Source: a bacterium (lineage in GTDB: Bacteria; Zhuqueibacterota; Zhuqueibacteria; Oceanimicrobiales; Oceanimicrobiaceae). From it: a stretch of 27,968 nucleotides of DNA. Where the stretch lies: the NCBI GenBank assembly GCA_046757165.1, contig JBHHXT010000050.1, positions 1 to 27,968 on the forward strand. Direction: 5' to 3'. The notes below the pieces were generated by a model. It was not told where the DNA came from. It was given only the letters and a program-made list of their open reading frames with translations, and did no database searches. Positions 7,485 through 16,674 of the stretch are shown piece after piece (positions within the stretch are counted from its first letter, which is position 1; each line of letters starts with the position of its first letter). The position numbers were made by a program, and so were the translations under genes.

Positions 7485-9833
7485 ATGCGAGATAGAATAC
7501 AAAATCTAAAAGATGCCGTGCAGCGGGCAAAGCCCGGCATCTGTGTGGAACGCGCGCTCATCTGGACAGCCTATTTCAAGAGCCCTGAGAACAGAAAAAA
7601 ACCGGCAGCCATTCAAATCGCCGAAGCGCTGAGAAGTGTTCTTTTGAAGAAAAGAATCAAAATCTATCCCGACGAGCTGATTGTCGGCAATTTTTCTTCC
7701 GAAAGAGTGGGCGGTTCGATTTATCCGGAGCTGCACGGAATTCCGGTGTTGGAAGACCTGTTCAGATTCTCCGGCAGAGGGGTCAACCCGTTGCAAATAT
7801 CCAGGTCGGAAATCTGGCAGTTGCTCCGGATCGTTCCTTTTTGGCTCGGTCGCTTCTTGACCTTCAAAGCCTACAAATCGCCTTTCCAAAAGATGCGATT
7901 CATCAGGGATCAACTTCGAGGTATTTATTATTTGATCAATGAAGGAGGCGGCATCGCACATTTAGCTCCGGATTATGAAAAACTCATTCAATGCGGCACG
8001 GACGGCTTCATTGCAGAAGCCAATCGCTTTCAGAGCCGTGTCCCGGCCGATTCGGAAAAGTGGTTCTTTTATGAGGCGGTGAAGATCATCGCCGAGGCTT
8101 TGGCTCGATTCGGTGAAAGGTACGCCGACCTCGCACGAGAGATGGCCACGGCAGAACCGAATCCCGCTCGCAAAAAAGAGCTGAAAACCATCGCACGAAT
8201 TTGCCGGCGCGTGCCGGGAAAGGGGGCCAGGACATTTCATGAAGCGATACAGTCCCTGTTTCTGGCTCAAATCGCCATCAATCTCGAAAGTTTGGACAAC
8301 GGCATCTGTCCGGGCAGAATGGACCAGCACCTTCTTCCTTATTATGAAAAAGATATCGCAAATGGCCTCCTTACCAGAGCAGAGGCGAAGGAACTGATCG
8401 CCGCTTTTTCCATCAAGATGTCGGAGCTGATTCCGGCTTTTTCGAGGCGCCTCACGCGCTTTCATGGCGGCTTGCTGAGCGGGCAGGTGGTGACTGTGGG
8501 CGGCGTCGATTCTGAAGGCAAGGATGCCACCAATGAGATCAGCTACATTTTTCTGGAAGTCATGGACGAGCTGAGGCTGCGGCAGCCCAATTATCACGCC
8601 AGGATTCATACAAATTCCCCAGGGGCATATCTGGACAAAATCAATCAAATCCTGGCAGCGGGCGGCAACTCGCCTGCCCTCTACAACGATGATATTATCA
8701 TTGAGACGCTTTGCAAACAGGGATATACCATTGAAGACGCCAGAAATTACACCGGGATCGGCTGTGTCGAGCCGGTCTCGCAGGGTAAGAGTTTTGCCTC
8801 CACAGACGCGGCTTTGTTCAACGTGCCCATTATGCTCGAGCTGGCGTTGAATGAAGGCAAACGGTTCGGCTCCTTGATTCGCTCCGGCGCGAAAACCGTG
8901 CCGGTCGCAAAAATGGCCTCGATGGCAGATGTCGTGCACGCTTTTGAGGCGCAATTGCGATTCCGAATCAGTCAGCTCATAGCAGATCTTCAAGCGGTGG
9001 AGCTAGCAAATAGAGAACTGCATCCAACGCCCTTAACCAGCATGCTGCTCGATGGTTGTCTGGAGTCGGGTCTCTGTTCAACCGCAGGCGGTGCACGGTA
9101 CAATTTTTCCGGCGTTCAGTGCGTCGGGCCGGCAGACACCGGCGACGCCCTGTACGCCATAGAACAAACCGTATACGTGGAAAAGAAAACAACGTTAGCC
9201 GATTTGGTAAAGCAGTTGAAACGCAATCTTGCAGAGGCGCAGTGGCGGGCGTATCTCCGCAGCCTGAAAAAGTTTGGCAATGACGAAGAGGAGGTCGATC
9301 GCTGGACCTGTTATGTCGTGAACGCATTTACGAACAGGTTGAGTGAGCATCTGAATACGAGAGGAGGGAAATACATTGCCGGTCTCTATTCGGTGACAGC
9401 CCATCAGTATTTCGGACAGGTTGCGGGCGCCTTGCCGCACGGCCGGCAAAGGGGGGAGAGTTTTGCTTCAGGCATCGCCGCCGGCAACGGTATGGACCGG
9501 CTGGGGCCGACAGCGCTGATCAATTCGGTAAACCGGCTCGACTTCACCAAGGTTGCAAATGGCGTCAATTTCAATATCAAGTTTGACAGTCACTGTTTGC
9601 GCGGCACAACAGGACGAACGGCGCTTGGCAGTCTGGTGAAAACATATTTTCGCCGCGGAGGCATGCAGGTGCAGGTCAACGTCATGGATCCGGCCATCCT
9701 GCTGCAAGCCCGTGACAATCCTGATGCGTACCCCAATCTGTTGGTGAGAGTCTCGGGGTACTCGGCTTATTTCAACGACTTGACGCCGGAGATGAAGGAT
9801 GAGATCATCCGGCGGACGAGTCTGGCCATTTGA
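7485..9833 (+). CDS. Glycyl radical enzyme, eliminase/dehydratase-like, substrate unknown
   Basis: Cys loop GCVEP (C427, E429), Gly loop LLVRVSGYS (G758), GRMDQ, ELIVG; 782 aa; single active-site Cys so not true PFL. Confidence 0.95.
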   Translation: MRDRIQNLKDAVQRAKPGICVERALIWTAYFKSPENRKKPAAIQIAEALRSVLLKKRIKIYPDELIVGNFSSERVGGSIYPELHGIPVLEDLFRFSGRGVNPLQISRSEIWQLLRIVPFWLGRFLTFKAYKSPFQKMRFIRDQLRGIYYLINEGGGIAHLAPDYEKLIQCGTDGFIAEANRFQSRVPADSEKWFFYEAVKIIAEALARFGERYADLAREMATAEPNPARKKELKTIARICRRVPGKGARTFHEAIQSLFLAQIAINLESLDNGICPGRMDQHLLPYYEKDIANGLLTRAEAKELIAAFSIKMSELIPAFSRRLTRFHGGLLSGQVVTVGGVDSEGKDATNEISYIFLEVMDELRLRQPNYHARIHTNSPGAYLDKINQILAAGGNSPALYNDDIIIETLCKQGYTIEDARNYTGIGCVEPVSQGKSFASTDAALFNVPIMLELALNEGKRFGSLIRSGAKTVPVAKMASMADVVHAFEAQLRFRISQLIADLQAVELANRELHPTPLTSMLLDGCLESGLCSTAGGARYNFSGVQCVGPADTGDALYAIEQTVYVEKKTTLADLVKQLKRNLAEAQWRAYLRSLKKFGNDEEEVDRWTCYVVNAFTNRLSEHLNTRGGKYIAGLYSVTAHQYFGQVAGALPHGRQRGESFASGIAAGNGMDRLGPTALINSVNRLDFTKVANGVNFNIKFDSHCLRGTTGRTALGSLVKTYFRRGGMQVQVNVMDPAILLQARDNPDAYPNLLVRVSGYSAYFNDLTPEMKDEIIRRTSLAI

Positions 9834-9854
9834 TGGCCGTAAGATGACAAATTT

Positions 9855-9900
9855 ATTTCCACCGGATTGAAGAACCCAACGGATAATCCGGCGTTGGAGT
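9855..9900. repeat. Palindromic element family A, copy 3 (right arm degenerate)
   Basis: ATTTCCACCGGATTGAAGAACCCAACGGATAATCCGGCGTTGG. Confidence 0.6.
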
Positions 9901-9988
9901 ATGCTCGTGATTCAATAGAATGTCATATTGATGGGCATAATCCAAAATTATTATTGTTTTTGGTGATCATAATCCACATTTTCCTTGA

Positions 9989-10270
<282 letters not shown>

Positions 10271-10285
10271 GAAAGGCGGTCAATC

Positions 10286-11845
10286 TTGAAATCACCCTAC
10301 TTTACCGAAGACCACGAGCTGTTCCGTGACACCGTTCGCCAATTTATGCAAACAGAAGTGATCCCGTTCGCAAATGAATGGGAAAAACAGCAACGGATAC
10401 CCAGAGAGATTTGGCAAAAGATGGGCGAGCTGGGGTTTCTGGGCATCAATTTCCCGGAAAAATACGGCGGCGCTGCGGCGGACTTTTTTTACACCGTCGT
10501 CTTTTTGGAAGAAGTCGGGCACTGTGCGCTGGCCGGGTTCACCGCTGCGGTCTTGGTGCAGGAGTACATGGCCACCGCGCATCTCTACAAAGTCGGAAGC
10601 GAAGCGCTCAAAGAAAAATACCTGATGCCTTCGATTGCCGGAAAGCGGGTCGGCGCGTTGGCCGTGACCGAGCCTGACGCCGGCTCTGATGTGGCGGCCA
10701 TTCGCATGCGTGCTGTCAGAGACGGAGACGAGTACGTGCTCAACGGCTCCAAGACTTTCATCACCAATGGCGTGTATGGAGATTTTATCACCGTGGCCGT
10801 GAAAACCGATCCCGACGCAGGCGTTGAAGGAATCAGCTTGATCGTCGTGGACAGTGATACGCCCGGATTTTCCGCCAAAAAGCTGGAAAAAATGGGGTTG
10901 CACTGTTCCGACACCGGCGAGCTTGCCTTTGACGACGTACGCGTGCCGGCCGGCAATCTCATCGGTCAGGAGAATATGGGCTTCTACTATATCATGGAAA
11001 GCTTCCAATTGGAGCGGTTGGTGGCTGCCATTACTTCGGTCGGGACCTCTGAGATTTGCATCGAGCAAACGCTGAAGTACATCATGGAGCGCGAAGTCTT
11101 CAACCGGCCGCTGGCGAAGTTTCAGGTGATCCGGCATGCCCTGGCAGAGCTCGAAACTGAACTGGAAGCCGCCCGACAGCTTACCTATTACACCTCCTGG
11201 CTGTACGAGCAGGGTGAGCAGGCCGTGCGAGAATATTCTATGGTCAAGCTGTTGACGACTGAATTGTCGAAGAAAACCGCAGACGTCTGTCTACAATTTT
11301 TTGGCGGCTATGGCTACATGGACGAATATCCCATTTCACGGATCTATCGCGACGCCCGGGTGAGCACCATCGTGGGCGGCGCTTCGGAAATCATGCGCGA
11401 TATCATCGCCAAAGTCATGATCGACCAGGTCGAGTACGAATCCGCCTACGCTCAGTCCGGAGGAACGACATCCGAGTCTTCGGCCGGACAACCGAAGACT
11501 GATGATGCAGCAACGTCGCCGCCGGAAACCGTCGCTGAATTATTCCAAACCCTGCCAGAACGCTTTCGCCCCGACAAGGCCGGAGGCTGGGAAACTATCG
11601 TGCATTTTGACATCTCCGGCGCTGCCGGCGGTCAGTACACGGTGACCATCAAGGAGGGCGCCTGTACCGTGGACTCCGGACTGCTGGGCGAGGCGAAGTG
11701 TGTGGTGAAGACCAAAGACAAAACCTATTTGAATATCGAATTGGGAAAAACCAACCCGCAGACTGCCTTCATGATGGGCAAGATCAAAGTCAGCAATCTG
11801 GCGGAAATGATGCAGTTTGGGAAGGTGTTTCGGAGGATTTCTTGA
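10286..11845 (+). CDS. Acyl-CoA dehydrogenase (LCAD-type) with C-terminal SCP2 sterol/lipid-binding domain
   Basis: TEPDAGSD, NGSKTFITNG, FQLERL, QFFGGYGYM, IVGGASE; S/T/A-rich linker then SCP2-like domain (~11528-11845: HFDISGAAGGQYTV...NPQTAFMMGKIKV); TTG start. Confidence 0.9.
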   Translation: MKSPYFTEDHELFRDTVRQFMQTEVIPFANEWEKQQRIPREIWQKMGELGFLGINFPEKYGGAAADFFYTVVFLEEVGHCALAGFTAAVLVQEYMATAHLYKVGSEALKEKYLMPSIAGKRVGALAVTEPDAGSDVAAIRMRAVRDGDEYVLNGSKTFITNGVYGDFITVAVKTDPDAGVEGISLIVVDSDTPGFSAKKLEKMGLHCSDTGELAFDDVRVPAGNLIGQENMGFYYIMESFQLERLVAAITSVGTSEICIEQTLKYIMEREVFNRPLAKFQVIRHALAELETELEAARQLTYYTSWLYEQGEQAVREYSMVKLLTTELSKKTADVCLQFFGGYGYMDEYPISRIYRDARVSTIVGGASEIMRDIIAKVMIDQVEYESAYAQSGGTTSESSAGQPKTDDAATSPPETVAELFQTLPERFRPDKAGGWETIVHFDISGAAGGQYTVTIKEGACTVDSGLLGEAKCVVKTKDKTYLNIELGKTNPQTAFMMGKIKVSNLAEMMQFGKVFRRIS

Positions 11846-11880
11846 AAACGGTGGCCTCCCGTGAGAAGGTTACTTGCGAA

Positions 11881-12345
11881 GCCGGCAATTAAGATGTCAA
11901 GGATATCGAGCAATTGATTTGTTGCACGAAGCTCATTGTAGATTTCGCTTGCGCGTAAACTGTGAAATGAATCAAAAACAATTCTATCAAATGCATCCAG
12001 CACTTCTCTGGCTTCATTCTTTCTTTGCAAAGTCTTACACCCACAGTAGAATTCAAATTCGGTAATGACAGAGATACAGAGTTCATCATCGCTATTCAAT
12101 AATTTCCAAAGAAAGGTGTTCTTTTTATTTTGCTTACGAAAGTGGTCGACGGGGGACTTGAGGAGCTTTTCACGAATCTGTTGGTTAGCCAGCCTCTGTA
12201 TCTTATGGTTCTCTTTTGTGGTACTAATGATCAGTACGATTTCAGCTTCGCCTGGCTGTACTGTGTCTGGCAACGATAGATTAAGTGTCAACTGTCTATT
12301 GAAGGGAATTTGAGTCTTTAATTGCAGAGTAGTCATAGTAGGCAT
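11881..12345 (-). pseudogene. Degraded type II toxin-antitoxin pair: antitoxin-like N-part fused in frame to a truncated PIN/VapC toxin
   Basis: PIN-like DHFRK...ISVITEFEFYCG...ASEIYNELRATNQLLDILDILIAG (12150-11881) lacking the N-terminal DT motif and the C-terminal T-x-N/D segment; AT-rich patch. Confidence 0.65.
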
Positions 12346-12451
12346 CTAATATCTCCTATTGCGAGTATTTTTCAAAATATCATGCTTAATGATCGAGTTT
12401 TCAAGTTTTTTGATTTGATTGCCGTTACCGATCATTTGGCACTTCCTGGGA

Positions 12452-12526
12452 ATTTCCAAGGGATAGAAGAACCGAACCCGATCGGGATTTCAAGAAATTC
12501 GTTGGGTTCTTCTGTCAGCCGGAAAC
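12452..12526. repeat. Palindromic element family A, copy 4
   Basis: ATTTCCAAGGGATAGAAGAACCGAAC ... GTTGGGTTCTTCTGTCAGCCGGAAAC. Confidence 0.65.
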
Positions 12527-12532
12527 AAGAAT

Positions 12533-13300
12533 ATGCCCCTCCACAACCCTGACAAAGAAAAAATCGGCCTGGTTCTCAGCGGGGGTATTTTTCGCAGCGC
12601 GTTTCAAGTTGGGGTGTTGGAGGCGCTGCACGCGAGGAACTTCCGGCCGCAGGTTATTGTCGGGGTTTCTTCAGGTGCCTGGAACGGAGCGTGTCTGGCG
12701 GCGGGTCAAATCCGGCTCATGCGGGATTTCTGGCTGCAAGTTGCAGCGCTGCCGAAAGTGAGCTGGCGCAATCTTTTCTTTAACCGGACCATTTTTAATC
12801 TGCGCTACATTGTTCATCGGGTTCCGAAGCGGCAGCTTGATTTTGATGGAATTCTAAGCAGCAACATAGAATTCCATGTGGGGGTGACACGGCTGCGGAA
12901 TTTTGAAGCACACTATTTCTGCAATCACAAGACGACGCAGGATTTTTTTGCCATTCTCATGGCCTCCAATTGGCTCCCTGTTTTGTATTCCTGGCCCGTG
13001 CAGATTGGCGGGTGCTACTACATTGACGGAGGATTTGTAGACAACGTGCCGTACGAAGTCGCGTTTGAGGCCGGTTGCGGACACGTCTACATTGTCTTAT
13101 CTAACCATGAGGGTAAGATATTCAAGAAGTGGGGAGATAAGAAGAGGCATCGCATTCCCCCACAGCACCGGTCTCGCACGACCATCATCGCCCCCACGAA
13201 GCCGCTTCATCCATTTTGTGCAAAGAAAGATCAGATAGAAGCGGCCATGGCAGAGGGCTACTCTGTCGGCCAAAACATTCCGCTTGTGGCCAGCCGTTAG
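12533..13300 (+). CDS. Patatin-like phospholipase
   Basis: LVLSGGIFRS oxyanion motif, GVSSG (GxSxG), IDGG catalytic Asp. Confidence 0.88.
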   Translation: MPLHNPDKEKIGLVLSGGIFRSAFQVGVLEALHARNFRPQVIVGVSSGAWNGACLAAGQIRLMRDFWLQVAALPKVSWRNLFFNRTIFNLRYIVHRVPKRQLDFDGILSSNIEFHVGVTRLRNFEAHYFCNHKTTQDFFAILMASNWLPVLYSWPVQIGGCYYIDGGFVDNVPYEVAFEAGCGHVYIVLSNHEGKIFKKWGDKKRHRIPPQHRSRTTIIAPTKPLHPFCAKKDQIEAAMAEGYSVGQNIPLVASR

Positions 13301-13372
13301 GCAGCATGAAGATGTCACCCCCTCGTGTTATCACTGCAACAATACTCACCCAAAGGAGCGATCGAGACCCCC

Positions 13373-15103
13373 ATGGCCCACGACACCCACGAACAACCAG
13401 GATTCACCATTCGGGCTGCCGCCATCAGCGTCGGTCTATCTCTGTTTCTGCTCATGAGCTCCACTTACATTTCCCTCAAGTTGGGGGCGCTGCCGTGGCC
13501 GATCATCTTTTCGGTCATTGTTTCAGGCGGGCTGATCAAGCTGATGAGCAAACCGGGCATGGTCAACATTCATGAGGTCAACACGGCCCAGGCTGGCGCC
13601 AGCATCGGCGGCCTGGTGGCCGCCGGCATCGCCTTTACCGTCCCCGGCATTCTTTTCCTGAATCAAAGCCAGAGCATGAACATTGCCTGGCCAAATCCCT
13701 GGCTGCTCGGCCTCTTGACCAGCGTGGCCGGGTTGCTCGGCATTCTTTTTTCCGTTCCGCTGAAATACACTTTTGTTGATGACGAGGCGCTGCCCTACCC
13801 GGCGGGCACTGCCGGCGCCGAGCTGCTCAAGCTGGGCAAGACCGGAGGCAAGCAGTTGTCTCTTATCGTGTGGGTGGCCGCGGCCGCGGCGGTTTTTGCG
13901 CTGCTGCGGGATGTCTACTTCCGCGGCGGGTTGACCTTCTCAGCCCTGGCGGCCTCGGGTGTGTTTCTGACGCTGCTGCCCATGCCCCTGGCCATCGGCG
14001 GCGGGTTTATTCTGGGGCCACGCGCCGGAATCTCCTGGTTTGCCGGTGCTGTCATCGGCTGGTTGGCGATTGTGCCCATCTTGTTTGGTCAAGGGTTCGA
14101 GGCCGCCTCTGCCACCGCTTTTGCCCAGAATCTCGGCATGGGCGTGGTGCTGGGATCCGGAATGGGTTTCTTTGCCAGCTATGTACTGCCACGGTTTCGG
14201 CAGATATTCTTGCCCCTTATCCGAAGTCGGGCCGGCGCTTTCCGGTATTTTCCGCTGCTGGCCGTTCTGAGTGTGGCCATGCTTTGTCTGCTGCAGGTGC
14301 CGTTTCTGGCAGCCGTTTTGAGTGTCCTGGGTGTCTGGCTCACGGTTGCCATTGCTGCCCGAATGACCGGCGAAACGAACATCGACCCGCTGGAGCAGTT
14401 CGGCATCTTCGTCGGGCTGCTGATCGCCCTCGTTTACCAGCTTGCAGCCCTGGAGCTGAGTCTGTTCGCTTCGTTCGTTATCGTGACGTTTGTCAGCGTG
14501 GCGTGTGCTATCGCGGGCGATGCGGGGCACGATTTCAAGTCGGCTCACATTATCGGCACCCGTTTTTTTGACATTGTGAAAGTGGATATCATCGCCGTAA
14601 TCTTTGCTGGGTTTGCGGCGCCGTTTGTGCTCGAGATTATGCGCGCCGGATTTGCTGACCGGCTGTTTACGCCTGACATGCCAGCGCCGCAGGCCAGGCT
14701 GGTGGCCAGCAGCATTTTCGGCTTTGAGTTCCCAAAGGTGTTCGCCACCGGGTTCGGTATCGCGTTTGCCGGCGAATTGCTCAATCGTGTGCTCCCTGAA
14801 AAAGTGCGCAACAAGCTGTTGTTGATGCCACTCGGGATCGGCCTCTTTCTCGGCCTGGGTTTGGCCATTCCCATCGCTGTCGGCGCCCTGGTCCGCAGCA
14901 CCATCGACCGCAAGCATGCGCACCTCTACCAGGCCGGGCTGGTGCTGGCAGCCGGCGTGATGGGGGGAGAAGGGATCGCCGGATTCAGCGCCGGGGCCCT
15001 GACCATCTCGGGCTTGAGTTTCAACACGGGAGCACTTCTGCTGGCGGGGCTCTTTTCGCTGGTTCTTCTTGTCTCTCTCGGGCGGTTTATCTGGAGAAAA
15101 TGA
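13373..15103 (+). CDS. OPT/YSL family oligopeptide transporter
   Basis: Many hydrophobic helices; YISLKLG, EVNTAQAGAS, LPYPAGTA, GETNIDP, DFKSAHIIG, PAPQA, GVMGGEG motifs; ATG 13373 downstream of AAGGAG. Confidence 0.88.
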   Translation: MAHDTHEQPGFTIRAAAISVGLSLFLLMSSTYISLKLGALPWPIIFSVIVSGGLIKLMSKPGMVNIHEVNTAQAGASIGGLVAAGIAFTVPGILFLNQSQSMNIAWPNPWLLGLLTSVAGLLGILFSVPLKYTFVDDEALPYPAGTAGAELLKLGKTGGKQLSLIVWVAAAAAVFALLRDVYFRGGLTFSALAASGVFLTLLPMPLAIGGGFILGPRAGISWFAGAVIGWLAIVPILFGQGFEAASATAFAQNLGMGVVLGSGMGFFASYVLPRFRQIFLPLIRSRAGAFRYFPLLAVLSVAMLCLLQVPFLAAVLSVLGVWLTVAIAARMTGETNIDPLEQFGIFVGLLIALVYQLAALELSLFASFVIVTFVSVACAIAGDAGHDFKSAHIIGTRFFDIVKVDIIAVIFAGFAAPFVLEIMRAGFADRLFTPDMPAPQARLVASSIFGFEFPKVFATGFGIAFAGELLNRVLPEKVRNKLLLMPLGIGLFLGLGLAIPIAVGALVRSTIDRKHAHLYQAGLVLAAGVMGGEGIAGFSAGALTISGLSFNTGALLLAGLFSLVLLVSLGRFIWRK

Positions 15104-15177
15104 CACGTCGGCATCTGGGACGATTCTACGGACAGCACTCGGTTTTCGGAGATTGCGCCTTTCCTGGATTTCGGCCA

Positions 15178-15236
15178 GGTGTTCAAGCTTCACCTTGCTG
15201 GGGTGGCGGGGGAAAACACGCCAAAGCGTGAACACC
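15178..15236. repeat. REP-like doublet (REPIN-like), copy 1
   Basis: GGTGTTCAAGCTTCACCTTG...CACGCCAAAGCGTGAACACC, 59 bp. Confidence 0.7.
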
Positions 15237-15316
15237 CTCAGGGATTAAGCCGAACGAGACGGAACCTAAAAGGTTTTCCTGGCGAGATTGAACGGCACCT
15301 GACCGGGGGGAGAGCC

Positions 15317-15375
15317 GGTGTTCAAGCTTCAGCTTGCTGGGGTCGGGGAGGAAAACACGCTAAAGCGTGAACACC
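15317..15375. repeat. REP-like doublet (REPIN-like), copy 2
   Basis: GGTGTTCAAGCTTCAGCTTG...CACGCTAAAGCGTGAACACC, 59 bp; each arm has its own 6-bp hairpin. Confidence 0.75.
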
Positions 15376-15407
15376 CGACGAGCTAACGGCCAAAGGCGTA
15401 TTCCAGG

Positions 15408-16655
15408 TTACTCATACCGCAGAGCTTCGATCGGGTCCAATCTGGAAGCAACCATCGCCGGCCAGACGCCAAACGTCAACCCGACAACGGTACAAAACAC
15501 CAGACCGCCGATGGCCCACTCCAGGGGCACGGCATTGGCGAAGCCCGTCAGGATGGAAACAACATTTCCCAGACCGAAGCCAACCACCACCCCGACGACG
15601 CCACCAATGTTGCACAGGACAACGGCTTCCAGCAGGAATTGCGTGAGAATACTCTTCTTCTTCGCGCCAAGCGATTTGCGGATACCGATTTCGCGTGTGC
15701 GCTCGGTCACCGAAACCAGCATGATATTCATGATGCCAATGCCAGCCACGATCAACGCAATGATTCCGATGACAAAAGCGCCTGCTTTGACGCCGGCGGT
15801 GACCTCATTAAAGGTGGTGATCATGCTCTGGTTGCTGAATATGGTAAAATCATCCTCTTCCTGTGGTTTGACGTTGCGCTCTTGACGCATGAGCGCCCGA
15901 GTCTCTTCAATGGCGTCTTGCAGCAGCTCCGGCGACTTCGCCCGAACCGTGATGTTCACCGACCGTTCCCGCCCCCGCTTGTCAAACTTGCCGTAGATTC
16001 TTTGAAACCGGGTGATGGGAATCAGACAATAATTGTCGTAACCGCCGCCGAGTGCTGATTTTTTTTCTTCAAACACGCCGATGACTTTGTACTTGTGGCC
16101 GTCCAATTTGATGCGCTTTTCTATGGGATCGGTAAAAGGAAAGAGCTCTTCGGCGATGCTGTGGCCGATCACCACGACCTTTCTGCCGACTTTGACATCT
16201 TCATGGGAGAGATTCCGGCCCAGGGCAACATAGTGGGTATTGTTATCCGGATATTCCGGCGTGCCGCCGCAGATGGTCAAATTCGAGTTGGTCGACTCAC
16301 TGCGGTATTTTGCTTTGAAGCCAAAATCCCACAATTCCGCCCCCACCAGATCGACAGTCTTGACTCGCTCGCGAATGGCGTTTGCATTTGCGACGGTCGT
16401 GGGCCTTCTCTTTTGAATCTTCCGTCTTTCTTCTTCACTCACCGGGCCTCCGTGTGCGTACTTTTGCACCTGGAATGTCGTTGAGCCCAGAACACTCATT
16501 TCGCTTTCCATGGTTCTTTGAATCACCGAGATTCCGGTCATGACCGCGATGATTGAGGCGACGCCGGCAATGATACCGATCAGGGTCAAAAAGGATCTGA
16601 GTTTATTGGCTGTGATGGAGGTCAGAGCCATTTTGAAGGCTTCCAGAAATTGCAT
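15408..16655 (-). CDS. MacB/FtsX-like ABC transporter permease
   Basis: NKLRSFLTLIGIIAG, GIGIMNIMLVSVTERTREIGIRKSLGA, LDPIEALRYE. Confidence 0.93.
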   Translation of the reverse strand: MQFLEAFKMALTSITANKLRSFLTLIGIIAGVASIIAVMTGISVIQRTMESEMSVLGSTTFQVQKYAHGGPVSEEERRKIQKRRPTTVANANAIRERVKTVDLVGAELWDFGFKAKYRSESTNSNLTICGGTPEYPDNNTHYVALGRNLSHEDVKVGRKVVVIGHSIAEELFPFTDPIEKRIKLDGHKYKVIGVFEEKKSALGGGYDNYCLIPITRFQRIYGKFDKRGRERSVNITVRAKSPELLQDAIEETRALMRQERNVKPQEEDDFTIFSNQSMITTFNEVTAGVKAGAFVIGIIALIVAGIGIMNIMLVSVTERTREIGIRKSLGAKKKSILTQFLLEAVVLCNIGGVVGVVVGFGLGNVVSILTGFANAVPLEWAIGGLVFCTVVGLTFGVWPAMVASRLDPIEALRYE

Positions 16656-16674
16656 AGTTCCCTCGAGAGTGACG

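Noticed and set aside
7485..9833. Annotation as pyruvate formate-lyase, CutC or benzylsuccinate synthase
   Set aside because: There is no adjacent Cys-Cys (PFL) and no small subunits (Bss). GCVEP alone is shared by several eliminases, and the other pocket loops differ from CutC as recalled.
1138..9833. Selenocysteine read-through at TGA stops of ADH, thioesterase, activase or GRE
   Set aside because: Each protein is already full length at its TGA, and no missing catalytic Cys position coincides with a TGA.
13940..15235. 431-aa minus-strand ORF, and similar long antisense ORFs (4978-5976, 7962-8993, 10292-11137)
   Set aside because: These are shadow frames opposite well-supported genes with no recognisable motifs.
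15178..15375. CRISPR-like repeat-spacer-repeat
   Set aside because: There are only two 59-bp units with an 80-bp gap and no cas genes; the architecture fits REP doublets.
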